DNA from: Bacteroidota bacterium
GTDB lineage: Bacteria > Bacteroidota > Bacteroidia > Flavobacteriales_F > PHOS-HE28
Direction of reading: 5' to 3'
Assembly: GCA_018266685.1 (NCBI GenBank)
Contig: JAFDZY010000255.1
Span: 1,488 to 65,487, forward strand
DNA: 64,000 bases
The translations under genes were made by a program, and so were the position numbers. A model generated the notes under the pieces. The model worked only from the letters and a program-made list of their open reading frames with translations, was not told the origin of the DNA and ran no database searches. Positions 45,401 to 54,087 of the stretch are shown piece by piece; within the stretch, counting starts at the first letter, position 1, and the number at the start of each line of letters is the position of its first letter.

Positions 45401-45958
45401 CCAATGTGCCCCGTCCGTTTGGTAGTGGTTCACGTTCCACACCAAGCGCAACCTGCCGTCCACCGGTTGGTACATCAGCTGCACTTTCACGGGTTCATTT
45501 CCAAATTCGCTCCCATCGAAGAGGAGCAACTTTCCTCCAGCTTCAGTTGCAGTCAACGCGGGAGGGCGCACGCCTGGCAAGTCCTTGCCCAACACGATGG
45601 CCAGTGCCTGTTGCGCCGTGATCAAGGGCGATGCGGCGTCCACGGTTTTGGCTACGTAAGGCCATGCCCCGTTGTTGAACTTCAAAACATGCCCGTCGGC
45701 CGCCTGGTGCACCGCAATGTCACCATTGAACACCTCGATGCCTTGCCAGCGTTGGCGCAGGAACGTGTGGCTGACGCCCGTGCGCAAGTCCACATAATGG
45801 TCCTTCACCACCAAATCGGCAAGGTCCTCTGCCTTGTAATCATGGTCCACCAGGCGGGCACGGGCAATTTCCACCGGATCCTTGGACCTTTCCTGCGAAA
45901 AGGAGCAAAAGGGCAATAGCACACCCGCCAGAAAGGCAGACGTAAGCGTGATCCGCAT
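42473..45958 (-). CDS. M36 (fungalysin-family) zinc metalloprotease with long C-terminal extension
   Basis: FTP-like propeptide, HEYGHG zinc motif and EGWSDF. About 600 further residues include Asp-rich calcium-binding-like repeats (DVNLDGVVKYTGSANDRD). Confidence 0.88.
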   Translation of the reverse strand: MRITLTSAFLAGVLLPFCSFSQERSKDPVEIARARLVDHDYKAEDLADLVVKDHYVDLRTGVSHTFLRQRWQGIEVFNGDIAVHQAADGHVLKFNNGAWPYVAKTVDAASPLITAQQALAIVLGKDLPGVRPPALTATEAGGKLLLFDGSEFGNEPVKVQLMYQPVDGRLRLVWNVNHYQTDGAHWWNVRVSALDGKELDRNDWVAQCGFDKAVERAAHNAPVALPDAPAAPAAPNDYNVYPVPVESPSHGPRAIRNAPWVAGGIASPYGWHDTNGAAGAEYTITRGNNVLAQEDANGNNGTGYSPDGGSTLDFDFPVNLTQAPANYQDAALTNLFYWNNMMHDVWYQYGFDEPSGNFQQNNYGRGGAGADYVFADGQDGSGMNNANFGTPSDGSNPRMQMFLWNQTTPQRDGDFDSGVICHEYGHGISNRLVGGPSNVDCLDNAEQMGEGWSDFFGLMMTMKTGDSRTQARGIGTYVLGEPITGPGIRPSPYSTSFSVNDFTYAATNNPSYGDAHDIGFIWCTMLWEMTWDLIDQYGYDPDLYNGTGGNNMAMNLVIEGLKLTACSPGFVDGRDAILQADAVLYGGANQNLIWAAFARRGLGYSASQGSSNSVTDQTEAFDMPLQNDVGVTAIIPAAGNVQTCGSTPVPVIATVRNYGIQPQSGFSVRYQLDGGAYVSQAFPGTLAAGAVQQVTFSTPIANLAAGAHTLVAGTVLAGDEFAGDDATTNALTAVAATVVAAPLSEDVEGGSAVPAGWALTNPDGSTTWTTSTVANGAACASTTAWMINYYSYSATGEQDGLVTPVIDLSGYTGVHLTFDHAYARYSASYFDSFRVDISSDCGATWSNLYQASGSGLATAADNTSSSWSPANCSEWAHHDIDLSAFDGGQVQVRFVGTSGYGQRLYFDNVNVSGNAANVAATVRMYLGGAYNGTNHNMNDQLRQVGPVPASEPYTALGFTLPGGGGETAGPGILSITGDNAIVDWVVVELRSSTVPATIVAAHCALLQRDGDVVAADGTANLHFAVPAGSYYIAVRHRNHLGCMTSAAMALSASASSIDFGLPATATYGTNAQQATDGRTMLWPGDVMHDGDVRYTGTGNDREPVLQAIGGSTPTATSTGYKVADVNLDGVVKYTGSANDRDAILLNIGGTAPTSTRVQQLP

Positions 45959-46147
45959 GATTTTTAGGATTTGGGAGGGGCAAAGTATCCCAAGCAAACC
46001 TCCCGCGCAAGTTCATTGGCCAATTATCGCTGCATATGATGATAGGGATCAGGCCTTATTGGTGCGATAGGGCTAATTTTGCATCTCCAATGGATCGTGC
46101 GCCTTTACGGCGCAAGAGTTTCAGAACCAAACAAGTCCCTTTAGCTG

Positions 46148-46558
46148 ATGTACCCGGAAGAACTGACCGCCCCCATGGCCGCCGAACTGACCAAGCTTGG
46201 CTTCGCCGAATTAAAGACCCCCTCGCAGGTTGATGCCGCTTTCAAGCAGGCTGGCACCGTGCTTTGCGTAGTGAACAGCGTATGCGGCTGCGCCGCCGGT
46301 GCCTGCCGCCCCGGCGTGGAGGCCTCCCTGCAACGTGATAAGCGTCCTGACCACCTGACCACCGTTTTTGCAGGCGTGGACACCGATGCTGTAATGCAGG
46401 CACGCCAGCATTTCCTGCCCTATCCGCCCAGCAGCCCCAGCATTGCCCTGTTCAAGGACGGCAAGCTGGTGCACTTCGTGGAGCGCCACCATATTGAGGG
46501 GCGCAGCGCGGGCATGATCGCGGAGCACCTGAAGATGGTGTACGGCGAATTCTGCTGA
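46148..46558 (+). CDS. bacilliredoxin (BrxA/BrxB, YphP/YqiW family)
   Basis: Redox motif VNSVCGCAAG, with typical size and context. Confidence 0.85.
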   Translation: MYPEELTAPMAAELTKLGFAELKTPSQVDAAFKQAGTVLCVVNSVCGCAAGACRPGVEASLQRDKRPDHLTTVFAGVDTDAVMQARQHFLPYPPSSPSIALFKDGKLVHFVERHHIEGRSAGMIAEHLKMVYGEFC

Positions 46559-46579
46559 TCACTGCCGGAGGTAGAACGG

Positions 46580-46606
46580 AAAAGCCCCGATTGAACGGGG
46601 CTTTTT
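46580..46606. terminator. bidirectional intrinsic terminator
   Basis: aaaagccccg-attgaa-cggggcttttt, between convergent genes. Confidence 0.7.
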
Positions 46607-46632
46607 CATGTCCATGCTAGCCGTGGTGAGGG

Positions 46633-47532
46633 TTATTGATCATCCTCGGTGAGCTGGGCTTTGCCAACATAGCGGCCGTTGACATACACCTCCACCTTAT
46701 ACAGGATCCCGTTCCGGTCGTATTTGTACACCTTCCCCTCCAACAGCCGACCTTTGCGGAATTGCCCCTGTTGGGAGATCCGGTGCTGGTTGTTGTATAG
46801 GACGTTCCACCCGTCGGCTTTGAAGGCCGATGAGTTCGGTGATTCCCCTGCGGCCAATGCCGGGGCGGGCTTGGCCTCAGCAGGCAATGGCGTTGCCACC
46901 ATAGCGGCCTTGGGCTTGTAGCTGCGGAAGGAGCCGGCAGCTTCATCTCCACCATGGTATTCTGCCGTTTCCTGCACGTCCCCATTGGGATAATAACGCT
47001 TCAAGGTGCCCTCTTCCCTGCCCTTCTCAATGTTCACGGAAACCTCCAGGTTCCCGTTCTCATGGTAGTACTTCTGCACGCCGTTCCGCATGCCGTAAGG
47101 GTCGAACACGAACTCCTGCATCAGGTTACCATTGCTGTACCAGCGCTTGAACCCTCCAGTATTTCGGTCCATGTCCCACGAACCCTGCTCCTCCGGCCTG
47201 CCGTCCGGGTAGAAGGTGGAGTAAGTTCCCTTCGGAAGGCCTTTTACATAGGTCACTTCGCTCATGGTGCGTCCGTTGGGCCAATAGCGCTTCCAGATAC
47301 CCGTGCGCTTGCTGTCCGCATAGCGCCCTTCCTCATACAAATTTCCGGCCTGGTAATCGGGCTTATCGGGAACCGGGCCCAGCAAGCGCCACCAACCCTG
47401 CTTCAATCCTTGGGCATCCACCTGGTTGATCGTGTCCGCCGCAATGGGCCCGGCCTGTGCGGTGGCGGGCCGGCCCGTATAGAACCATGCAACAGCAAGA
47501 GCAAGCAGCGGGAATGAAGAAATGGGGCGCAT
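46633..47532 (-). CDS. secreted MORN-repeat-variant (YwqK-like) protein
   Basis: Signal peptide and repeated G..K.YY.NG....E..Y..G units. Confidence 0.75.
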   Translation of the reverse strand: MRPISSFPLLALAVAWFYTGRPATAQAGPIAADTINQVDAQGLKQGWWRLLGPVPDKPDYQAGNLYEEGRYADSKRTGIWKRYWPNGRTMSEVTYVKGLPKGTYSTFYPDGRPEEQGSWDMDRNTGGFKRWYSNGNLMQEFVFDPYGMRNGVQKYYHENGNLEVSVNIEKGREEGTLKRYYPNGDVQETAEYHGGDEAAGSFRSYKPKAAMVATPLPAEAKPAPALAAGESPNSSAFKADGWNVLYNNQHRISQQGQFRKGRLLEGKVYKYDRNGILYKVEVYVNGRYVGKAQLTEDDQ

Positions 47533-47581
47533 CGGGCAAGGTGGTGTTCGCCCGTGCGAAACGTGAGAGCGTCCCGCAGGG

Positions 47582-48544
47582 TTACACGGTAATCCCCCCT
47601 GGAGCCTTCAACAGCGGTTTGAGATGCGCCATCATGTCATTCACCATGGCGGACAGGTCGAACTGCGGTTTCCAGCCCCAGTCGGCACGGGCGGCGCTGT
47701 CGTCGATGCTGTTGGGCCAGGAATCCGCGTATTGCTGGCGCACATCGGGGGCGTATGAAATCTGGAAGCCGGGGATGTGCTTGGCCACTTCAGCAGCGAT
47801 CTGCTCCGGGGTGAAACTGAGGCCCGCGAGGTTGTAGCCGGTGTGCTCCTTGACCTGCACCGCCGGGGCCTCCATCAGTTCGATGGTGGCGCGGATGGCA
47901 TCGGGCATGTACATCATCGGCAGCATGCTCTTCGGCCCCAGGAAGCTGGTGTACTTGCCGTGCTTGATGGCCTCATGGAAGATGTGTACGGCATAGTCCG
48001 TGGTGCCGCCGCCGGGCGCGCTCTTCCAACCGATGAGGCCCGGATAGCGGATGCTGCGCACGTCCACACCGTAGCGGTGATGGTAGTAGTTGCACCAGCC
48101 CTCACCGGCCAACTTGCTGATGCCGTATACCGTGCTGGGCTCGGTCACCGTGTGCTGCGGCGTTTGATCCTTTGGCGTGGTGGGGCCGAAGGCCGCGATG
48201 CTGCTGGGCCAGTACACCTTATTCAAACGCCCTTCCCGCGCCAGCTCCAGGATGATGAGCAGGCTCTCCATGTTCAGCTTCCAGGCGAAGGCCGGGTCTT
48301 TTTCCGCCGTGGCGCTCAGCAGGGCTGCCAAGAGGTACACTTCGGTGATGCCGTGCTTGTCCAGGATGCGCTCGATGCCGTGGCGGTCCATGGCGTTCAC
48401 CATCACGAAGGGTCCGTCCTGCTTCACCTGGGGCTCCTTGATGTCGCCAGCGAGCACGCTTTCATTGCCGAAACGCGCACGCAGGCCTTCCACGAGTTCG
48501 GTACCTATTTGGCCGCTGGAGCCGATGACGAGGATCTTTTTCAT
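47582..48544 (-). CDS. NAD-dependent epimerase/dehydratase family protein, probable SDR-type L-threonine 3-dehydrogenase
   Basis: VIGSSGQIGTEL Rossmann motif, YGISK and GGGTTDYAV motifs recalled from SDR-type TDH enzymes. Confidence 0.75.
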   Translation of the reverse strand: MKKILVIGSSGQIGTELVEGLRARFGNESVLAGDIKEPQVKQDGPFVMVNAMDRHGIERILDKHGITEVYLLAALLSATAEKDPAFAWKLNMESLLIILELAREGRLNKVYWPSSIAAFGPTTPKDQTPQHTVTEPSTVYGISKLAGEGWCNYYHHRYGVDVRSIRYPGLIGWKSAPGGGTTDYAVHIFHEAIKHGKYTSFLGPKSMLPMMYMPDAIRATIELMEAPAVQVKEHTGYNLAGLSFTPEQIAAEVAKHIPGFQISYAPDVRQQYADSWPNSIDDSAARADWGWKPQFDLSAMVNDMMAHLKPLLKAPGGITV

Positions 48545-48549
48545 GCGGG

Positions 48550-48987
48550 TCATGGTCGCCCTTCAAGGGCATCTATGTATTTCAATGCAAACTCCCCGGG
48601 GGTCATCACCGGGATCCTGGACTCCTTGAAGCCGGGCACGTCGTTGGTGACGATTACTTGGACCCGGCCGTAGGTGAGCGCAGCCTGGTACTGCACCGCA
48701 TCTTCGAAATCATGCCAATCGGCGCTTATCGCCCCCTCGAGCTGGGGAAGGTCCGTACTGGCCGTGGTGCAAAACGAACAGAGCGTGGCCAGGAACGCAC
48801 GCAGCTTCTGCTTCGGCACGCCCTGCCTGCGAAGGATGTATTCCGTGTTCACCAGGCTCAGGCCCGTGAGCACCAGTTCCATGGGCTGTGATTCCACAGC
48901 CTTGAAGATCCGGGTGCTGTCCACATGGAATGGCCGGTAGGCATCCAAGACATCAAGCAGCACGTTCGTGTCCAGGAACACCCTCAT
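48550..48987 (-). CDS. PIN-domain toxin (VapC-like)
   Basis: MRVFLDTNVLLDVL..., with conserved acidic residues. Confidence 0.85.
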   Translation of the reverse strand: MRVFLDTNVLLDVLDAYRPFHVDSTRIFKAVESQPMELVLTGLSLVNTEYILRRQGVPKQKLRAFLATLCSFCTTASTDLPQLEGAISADWHDFEDAVQYQAALTYGRVQVIVTNDVPGFKESRIPVMTPGEFALKYIDALEGRP

Positions 48988-49244
48988 AGCCCCTTTCGGT
49001 AAATGTGGGCCAAACGGGGATCCGCATCCAGGTCTGCTGCGGTAACCTTCCCGGTGAGCATGCCTGCAAACCGATCAATGGCATGCCCTTTTTTACTGTC
49101 ATGGCCAGCGTGCTTGGCACCCTTGTCAAGCGAATCGATGAAGTCCTCCACCAATTGGCTCACTGAAGTGCGGTGGCGCGCGCTGTATGCTTTGATGCGC
49201 CGAATGCGCCGCTCCGAGATGCTCAGGGTAAGCTTGGTTTTCAT
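48984..49244 (-). CDS. putative antitoxin (ribbon-helix-helix-like)
   Basis: MKTKLTLSISERRIRRIKAYSARHRTSVSQLVEDFI. It overlaps the toxin start (ATGA). Confidence 0.6.
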   Translation of the reverse strand: MKTKLTLSISERRIRRIKAYSARHRTSVSQLVEDFIDSLDKGAKHAGHDSKKGHAIDRFAGMLTGKVTAADLDADPRLAHIYRKGL

Positions 49245-49344
49245 CCAACGCAAAGATACGTACGCAGTGACGTGTACGTAACTCGTTCGGTTCCCAAGGA
49301 AGCCAGTGCCTTAAACCCCGAGGCCCGTCCGTAAATTCGCACCG

Positions 49345-50466
49345 ATGGACCCGCACCGCTTGCGCAATCTTTTGCACCCCGACCTGCTCCGCAAGCGGTT
49401 GGAACACGAGGAAAGGCCCCGCACCACGTTCTCCTTCTACCGGTACGTGCGGTTAGCTGATGCAGGGAACTTGCGCCACGCGCTTTATGTGGAATGGGAG
49501 GCATTGGGCGTGCTGGGCCGCGTGTACCTCGCGCCGGAAGGCATCAATGCGCAAGTGAGCATTCCAACGGACAACTTGGACCGGTTCCGTTCTGTATTGG
49601 ACGCAAGGCCGGAATTCCGCGCTGTGCCGTGGAAAATCGCCGTGGAAGATGACGGCAGGAGCTTCCTGAAACTGATCATCAAGGTGAAGAAAAAGATCGT
49701 GGCGGACGGCCTTGCCGATGATGCCTTCGACGTGACGAACGTGGGCACGCACCTCGATGCGGCCACCTTCAACCGCAAGATGGAGGCAGGTGCACTGGTG
49801 ATCGACATGCGCAACAACTACGAGTGCGCCATCGGGCACTTTGAAGGAGCCTACCTGCCCAAGGCGGATACCTTCCGCGGGGCGATCGAGGAGGTGAAGC
49901 AGGTGATGAAGGAGAAGAAAGATGCAGAGGTGCTGTTGTACTGCACCGGCGGCATCCGTTGCGAAAAGGCCAGCGCCTACCTGAAACATGAAGGCTTCAC
50001 CAACGTGAACCAGCTCCACGGCGGCATCATCGACTACGCACGGCAGATCAAGGCGCAAGGGCTGAAGAGCAACTACCTCGGCCAGAACTTCGTGTTCGAC
50101 GAGCGGCTTGCCGAGCGCATCACCGACGATGTGGTGGGCACGTGCATGCAATGCGGTAAACCGTGCAACCGCATCGGCAACTGCCACGAGGCCACCTGCA
50201 ACATGCTGTTGGTGCAATGCGAAGCCTGCGCGGGGAAGTACGCCGATTGCTGCTCCCCTTCCTGCCGCGAGATCCATCAATTGCCCATGGAAGCGCAGCG
50301 CGCATGGCGCAAAGGCCGCAGCACCCGCAGCACCAAGACCAAGGCCATCAACGACCCGGAGGGCCTGCGCAAGCGCATCCGCGAAGAAGAAGAACTGCTC
50401 GCCTTCAACGGCACACTCCATCCCGAACTGTCATCCATCACCCGAGAAAACAGTAGCCGCGCGTAG
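49345..50466 (+). CDS. trhO: rhodanese-domain tRNA U34 hydroxylase TrhO (YceA/UPF0176)
   Basis: Rhodanese active-site loop CTGGIRCEKAS and a C-terminal Cys-rich tail. Confidence 0.85.
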   Translation: MDPHRLRNLLHPDLLRKRLEHEERPRTTFSFYRYVRLADAGNLRHALYVEWEALGVLGRVYLAPEGINAQVSIPTDNLDRFRSVLDARPEFRAVPWKIAVEDDGRSFLKLIIKVKKKIVADGLADDAFDVTNVGTHLDAATFNRKMEAGALVIDMRNNYECAIGHFEGAYLPKADTFRGAIEEVKQVMKEKKDAEVLLYCTGGIRCEKASAYLKHEGFTNVNQLHGGIIDYARQIKAQGLKSNYLGQNFVFDERLAERITDDVVGTCMQCGKPCNRIGNCHEATCNMLLVQCEACAGKYADCCSPSCREIHQLPMEAQRAWRKGRSTRSTKTKAINDPEGLRKRIREEEELLAFNGTLHPELSSITRENSSRA

Positions 50467-50478
50467 GATTGCGCGACG

Positions 50479-50513
50479 GACAACTGACAACCGACAACTG
50501 ACAACTGACAACG
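50479..50513. repeat. five tandem heptamers (GACAACN)
   Basis: gacaact gacaacc gacaact gacaact gacaacg, ending 5 bp before the hmgA ATG. Confidence 0.9.
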
Positions 50514-50518
50514 CCGCA

Positions 50519-51676
50519 ATGCCCATCTACCACACCCTCGGCAATATTCCCCACAAGCGCCACACCACCTTCAAGAAGGCTGACGGCGGCTATTACTACG
50601 AACAGCTCTTCGGCACCGAGGGCTTCAGCGGCATGAGTTCGCTGCTGTACCACGCACACCGGCCCACCCAGGTCACGCAGATCGGCAAGGTGCGCGACCT
50701 GACGCCGAAGATCGCCGAGGCGAAAAACCTGCGTGCGCTGAAACTGAAAGGCTTCAACATCAAGCCCGTGGCCGACCACCTGGATGCGCGGAAGACGATC
50801 TTGATGAACAACGATGCGGAAGTGGTACTGGCCGCGCCAACCGCCAAAAAAGTGGACTACTTTTACAAGAATGCCGACTGCGACGAAATGCTCTTCATCC
50901 ACAAGGGCTCCGGGCGGTTGCGCAGCACGTTCGGCACCTTGGGCATGAAGCCCGGCGATTACCTGCTGATCCCGCGCGGCATCATCTACACCCTGGAGTT
51001 CGACACGGAGGACAACCGCTTGCTGATCGTGGAAAGCAGGCACCCCATGTACACGCCACACCGCTACCGCAACGAGTTCGGCCAATTGCTGGAACATAGC
51101 CCTTACTGCGAACGTGATATCCGGAGGCCGCACAGCCTGGAGACGCACGAGGAAAAAGGCGCGTTCCGTGTACTGGTGAAGAAGCAGGACGTGCTGCACG
51201 AGCTGACCTACGCCACGCATCCGTTCGATGTGGTGGGCTGGGACGGGTACAACTATCCGTACGCCTTCAGCATCCACGATTTCGAGCCCATCACCGGCCG
51301 CGTACACCTGCCGCCACCCATCCACCAAACCTTCGAGACCAGCGCCATGGTGGTGTGCAGTTTCTGTCCGCGCCTGTACGACTACCACCCGCAGGCCGTC
51401 CCGGCGCCGTACAACCACAGCAACATCGACAGCGATGAGCTGCTTTACTACGTGGAGGGCGAGTTCATGAGCCGCAACGACATCGCCATGGGCGATCTCA
51501 CTTTGCACCCCGCAGGCATCGTGCATGGCCCGCAGCCCGGCGCCATGGAACGCAGCATCGGCAAGAAGGAAACCAACGAGCTGGCCGTGATGATCGACAC
51601 CTTCAAGCCCTTGATGGTGACCGAGGCGGCCATGGGCATCGACGACGGCGTGTACTGGAAGAGCTGGCTGGAGTGA
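50519..51676 (+). CDS. hmgA: homogentisate 1,2-dioxygenase
   Basis: MPIYHTLGNIPHKRHT... cupin-type HGD of about 385 aa. ATG at 50519 is preferred over the track extension that overlaps trhO. Confidence 0.92.
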   Translation: MPIYHTLGNIPHKRHTTFKKADGGYYYEQLFGTEGFSGMSSLLYHAHRPTQVTQIGKVRDLTPKIAEAKNLRALKLKGFNIKPVADHLDARKTILMNNDAEVVLAAPTAKKVDYFYKNADCDEMLFIHKGSGRLRSTFGTLGMKPGDYLLIPRGIIYTLEFDTEDNRLLIVESRHPMYTPHRYRNEFGQLLEHSPYCERDIRRPHSLETHEEKGAFRVLVKKQDVLHELTYATHPFDVVGWDGYNYPYAFSIHDFEPITGRVHLPPPIHQTFETSAMVVCSFCPRLYDYHPQAVPAPYNHSNIDSDELLYYVEGEFMSRNDIAMGDLTLHPAGIVHGPQPGAMERSIGKKETNELAVMIDTFKPLMVTEAAMGIDDGVYWKSWLE

Positions 51677-51852
51677 GGCGGTCAAAAATCAGATGATCGG
51701 TCCCTAATCGGTCCTCCCAATGCCGGCCGTCGCGCTTCGCGGAAAGTACGCTGCCCCCTGATCGCGACTTGTAAGGCCGGACCACCCACCCCGCAATTAC
51801 CCGGATCGTGGTATTGCCGCCTCCGTCACGGTAGTGTCATTTTGCGCCCACG

Positions 51853-52818
51853 ATGGAAACTGGTGTGGGAAGTTCGTGGAGGCAGCGGGGCACGGGCGTG
51901 CTGGCTTTTGTGATCGTGCTGTTGCTGATGCCCTTGGGCCATGCCTTGATGGTCTTGCTTGAAATGCTTGGCGCAGCCGTGTTCGTCAGTGCCTTGGGCC
52001 TGGGTGCCTTGGGCTGCGTGCTTCTCTGGTGGGGCGTGGCACGGCCCATGCGCGACCTCTATGCCACACTGCTGGGGGCATTGGGCGGCGTGCTCACTTG
52101 GACCGGCTGGGTGGAGTTCAGCTTCGTATGGATCGCCCACAAGCTCAACGTGCAGCCCTTGATGGAAAACGGCGAAGTGGCCACCAAGCCGGAATACCTG
52201 GTGATGCTCAGCTCCATCGGCCTATTGGGAACCATGACCATGTTGTTCATGTTCGCCCACACCCGCTGCCCGTTCTTCGTATGGGGCCAAAAGCGCATGG
52301 GCGTACACAAGGCCGTGGCCATCCCCAGTGCCTCGCAGCGCCCCTTGGCCATGATCGCCTTCATTGAGATGATCATGCTGGTGTGGACCTTCTACGTGGT
52401 GCTGCTGGTGTGCTATGACAAGAGCATCGCCGGGGACCGGCACCCCATCACCTGGATCGTGGCCTTCGGATCACTGGCCTGGAGCATCTACCTGTTCTGG
52501 AAATTAATGCGGATTAAAAGCTTCGACCATGCCGTGCGCTACGCCATCCCCACGGTGGTGATTTTCTGGAACTTCATTGAGATCATGGGCCGTTGGAACC
52601 TGTTCAAGGAGATCTGGGTACACCCCAAGGAGCACTGGTTGGAAAACAGCCTGCTGCTGGCCATGCTGGTGTTCTTCACGGCCTACTTCATGGTGAAGGG
52701 GCGGAAGGACCGGCAGCGCAGCGCGCGGGCGCGGTTGGCGGGGAAGGGCACGCAACGGCAGCAGGCTGCTCCTACTACGGCCAGGAAGCAAGCCCCCGTG
52801 CTGGAAGGTACGGTGTAG
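51853..52818 (+). CDS. hypothetical multi-pass membrane protein
   Basis: About 8 hydrophobic segments and a basic C-terminal tail, located between hmgA and hppD. Confidence 0.6.
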   Translation: METGVGSSWRQRGTGVLAFVIVLLLMPLGHALMVLLEMLGAAVFVSALGLGALGCVLLWWGVARPMRDLYATLLGALGGVLTWTGWVEFSFVWIAHKLNVQPLMENGEVATKPEYLVMLSSIGLLGTMTMLFMFAHTRCPFFVWGQKRMGVHKAVAIPSASQRPLAMIAFIEMIMLVWTFYVVLLVCYDKSIAGDRHPITWIVAFGSLAWSIYLFWKLMRIKSFDHAVRYAIPTVVIFWNFIEIMGRWNLFKEIWVHPKEHWLENSLLLAMLVFFTAYFMVKGRKDRQRSARARLAGKGTQRQQAAPTTARKQAPVLEGTV

Positions 52819-52824
52819 TAGCAG

Positions 52825-52868
52825 GTGGACACGGTGGGCGAGGTCTTCACCTCGTCCACCGTGTCTAC
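52825..52868 (+). terminator. compound hairpin
   Basis: gtggacacggtgg (52825-52837) pairs with ccaccgtgtctac (52856-52868); the loop has its own cgaggt/acctcg stem. Confidence 0.6.
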
Positions 52869-52947
52869 TTGCATGAGCGGAGCCTACCCCGATACACCAA
52901 AAAAGCCCGATCTTTGTAACCTATACCTGCAAAATAATTCCGCACCC

Positions 52948-54087
52948 ATGGCCATAGAAAGCATCACCCCCCAACTCGAAAAGCTGGTTCCCGAAGCTGC
53001 GGACTTCCTCCCTTTGCTCGGTACCGACTACATCGAATTCTACGTGGGCAACGCCAAGCAGGCCGCCCACTTCTACAAGACGGCCTTCGGCTTCCAGAGC
53101 TTGGCGTACGCCGGCCTGGAGACGGGCGTGAAGGACCGTACCAGCTACGTGATCGAGCAGGACAAGATCCGCCTGGTGCTCACCACGCCGCTCACGCAGG
53201 ACCACCCGATCAACGACCACCTGCGCAAGCACGGCGACGGCGTGAAGGTGATCGCCCTGTGGGTGGACGACGCCACCAAGGCTTGGGAGGAGACCACCAA
53301 GCGCGGCGCCAAGAGCTACATGAAGCCCACGGTGGAAAAGGACGCCGACGGCGAGGTGGTGAAGAGCGGCATCCACATCTACGGTGACACGGTACACCTC
53401 TTCATTGAGCGCAAGAACTACAAGGGCACCTTCCTGCCGGGCTTCAAGCCGTGGAAGAGCACTTACAACCCCGGCCCCACCGGTCTGAAATACGTGGACC
53501 ACATGGTGGGCAACGTGGGCTGGAACGAGATGAACCCGTGGGTGAAGTTCTATGAGGAGGTGATGGGCTTCGCCAACGTGCTGGGCTTCGACGACAAGGA
53601 CATCAGCACCGAGTACAGCGCCTTGATGAGCAAGGTGATGAGCAACGGCAACGGCCGCATCAAGTTCCCCATCAACGAGCCGGCCGAGGGCAAGAAGAAG
53701 AGCCAGGTGGAGGAATACCTGGACTTCTACAACGGTCCGGGCGTGCAGCACATCGCCGTGGCCACGGACAACATCGTGAAGACCGTGCGCGACCTGATGA
53801 GCCGCGGTGTGGAGTTCCTCAAGGTGCCCAGCACTTACTACGAGGGCCTGCTGGAACGCGTGGGCCCCATCGAGGAAGACCTGGCTCCTTTGGCCGAGCT
53901 GGGCATCCTGGTGGACCGCGACGATGAGGGCTACCTGCTGCAGCTCTTCACCAAGCCGGTGGAGGACCGCCCCACGCTCTTCTTCGAGATCATCCAACGC
54001 AAGGGCGCCAAGAGCTTCGGCAAGGGCAACTTCAAGGCGCTGTTCGAGGCGATCGAACGGGAGCAGGAAAGCCGGGGGACGCTATAG
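52948..54087 (+). CDS. hppD: 4-hydroxyphenylpyruvate dioxygenase
   Basis: Two VOC-fold halves, with the HIA..T, Q.F and [20 protein letters not shown] signature C-terminus. ATG at 52948. Confidence 0.93.
   Translation: MAIESITPQLEKLVPEAADFLPLLGTDYIEFYVGNAKQAAHFYKTAFGFQSLAYAGLETGVKDRTSYVIEQDKIRLVLTTPLTQDHPINDHLRKHGDGVKVIALWVDDATKAWEETTKRGAKSYMKPTVEKDADGEVVKSGIHIYGDTVHLFIERKNYKGTFLPGFKPWKSTYNPGPTGLKYVDHMVGNVGWNEMNPWVKFYEEVMGFANVLGFDDKDISTEYSALMSKVMSNGNGRIKFPINEPAEGKKKSQVEEYLDFYNGPGVQHIAVATDNIVKTVRDLMSRGVEFLKVPSTYYEGLLERVGPIEEDLAPLAELGILVDRDDEGYLLQLFTKPVEDRPTLFFEIIQRKGAKSFGKGNFKALFEAIEREQESRGTL
54003..54087 (+). repeat. direct repeat, left copy (native 3' end of hppD)
   Basis: 85 bp, 79/85 identical to 55204..55288 by manual alignment. 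Confidence 0.9.
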
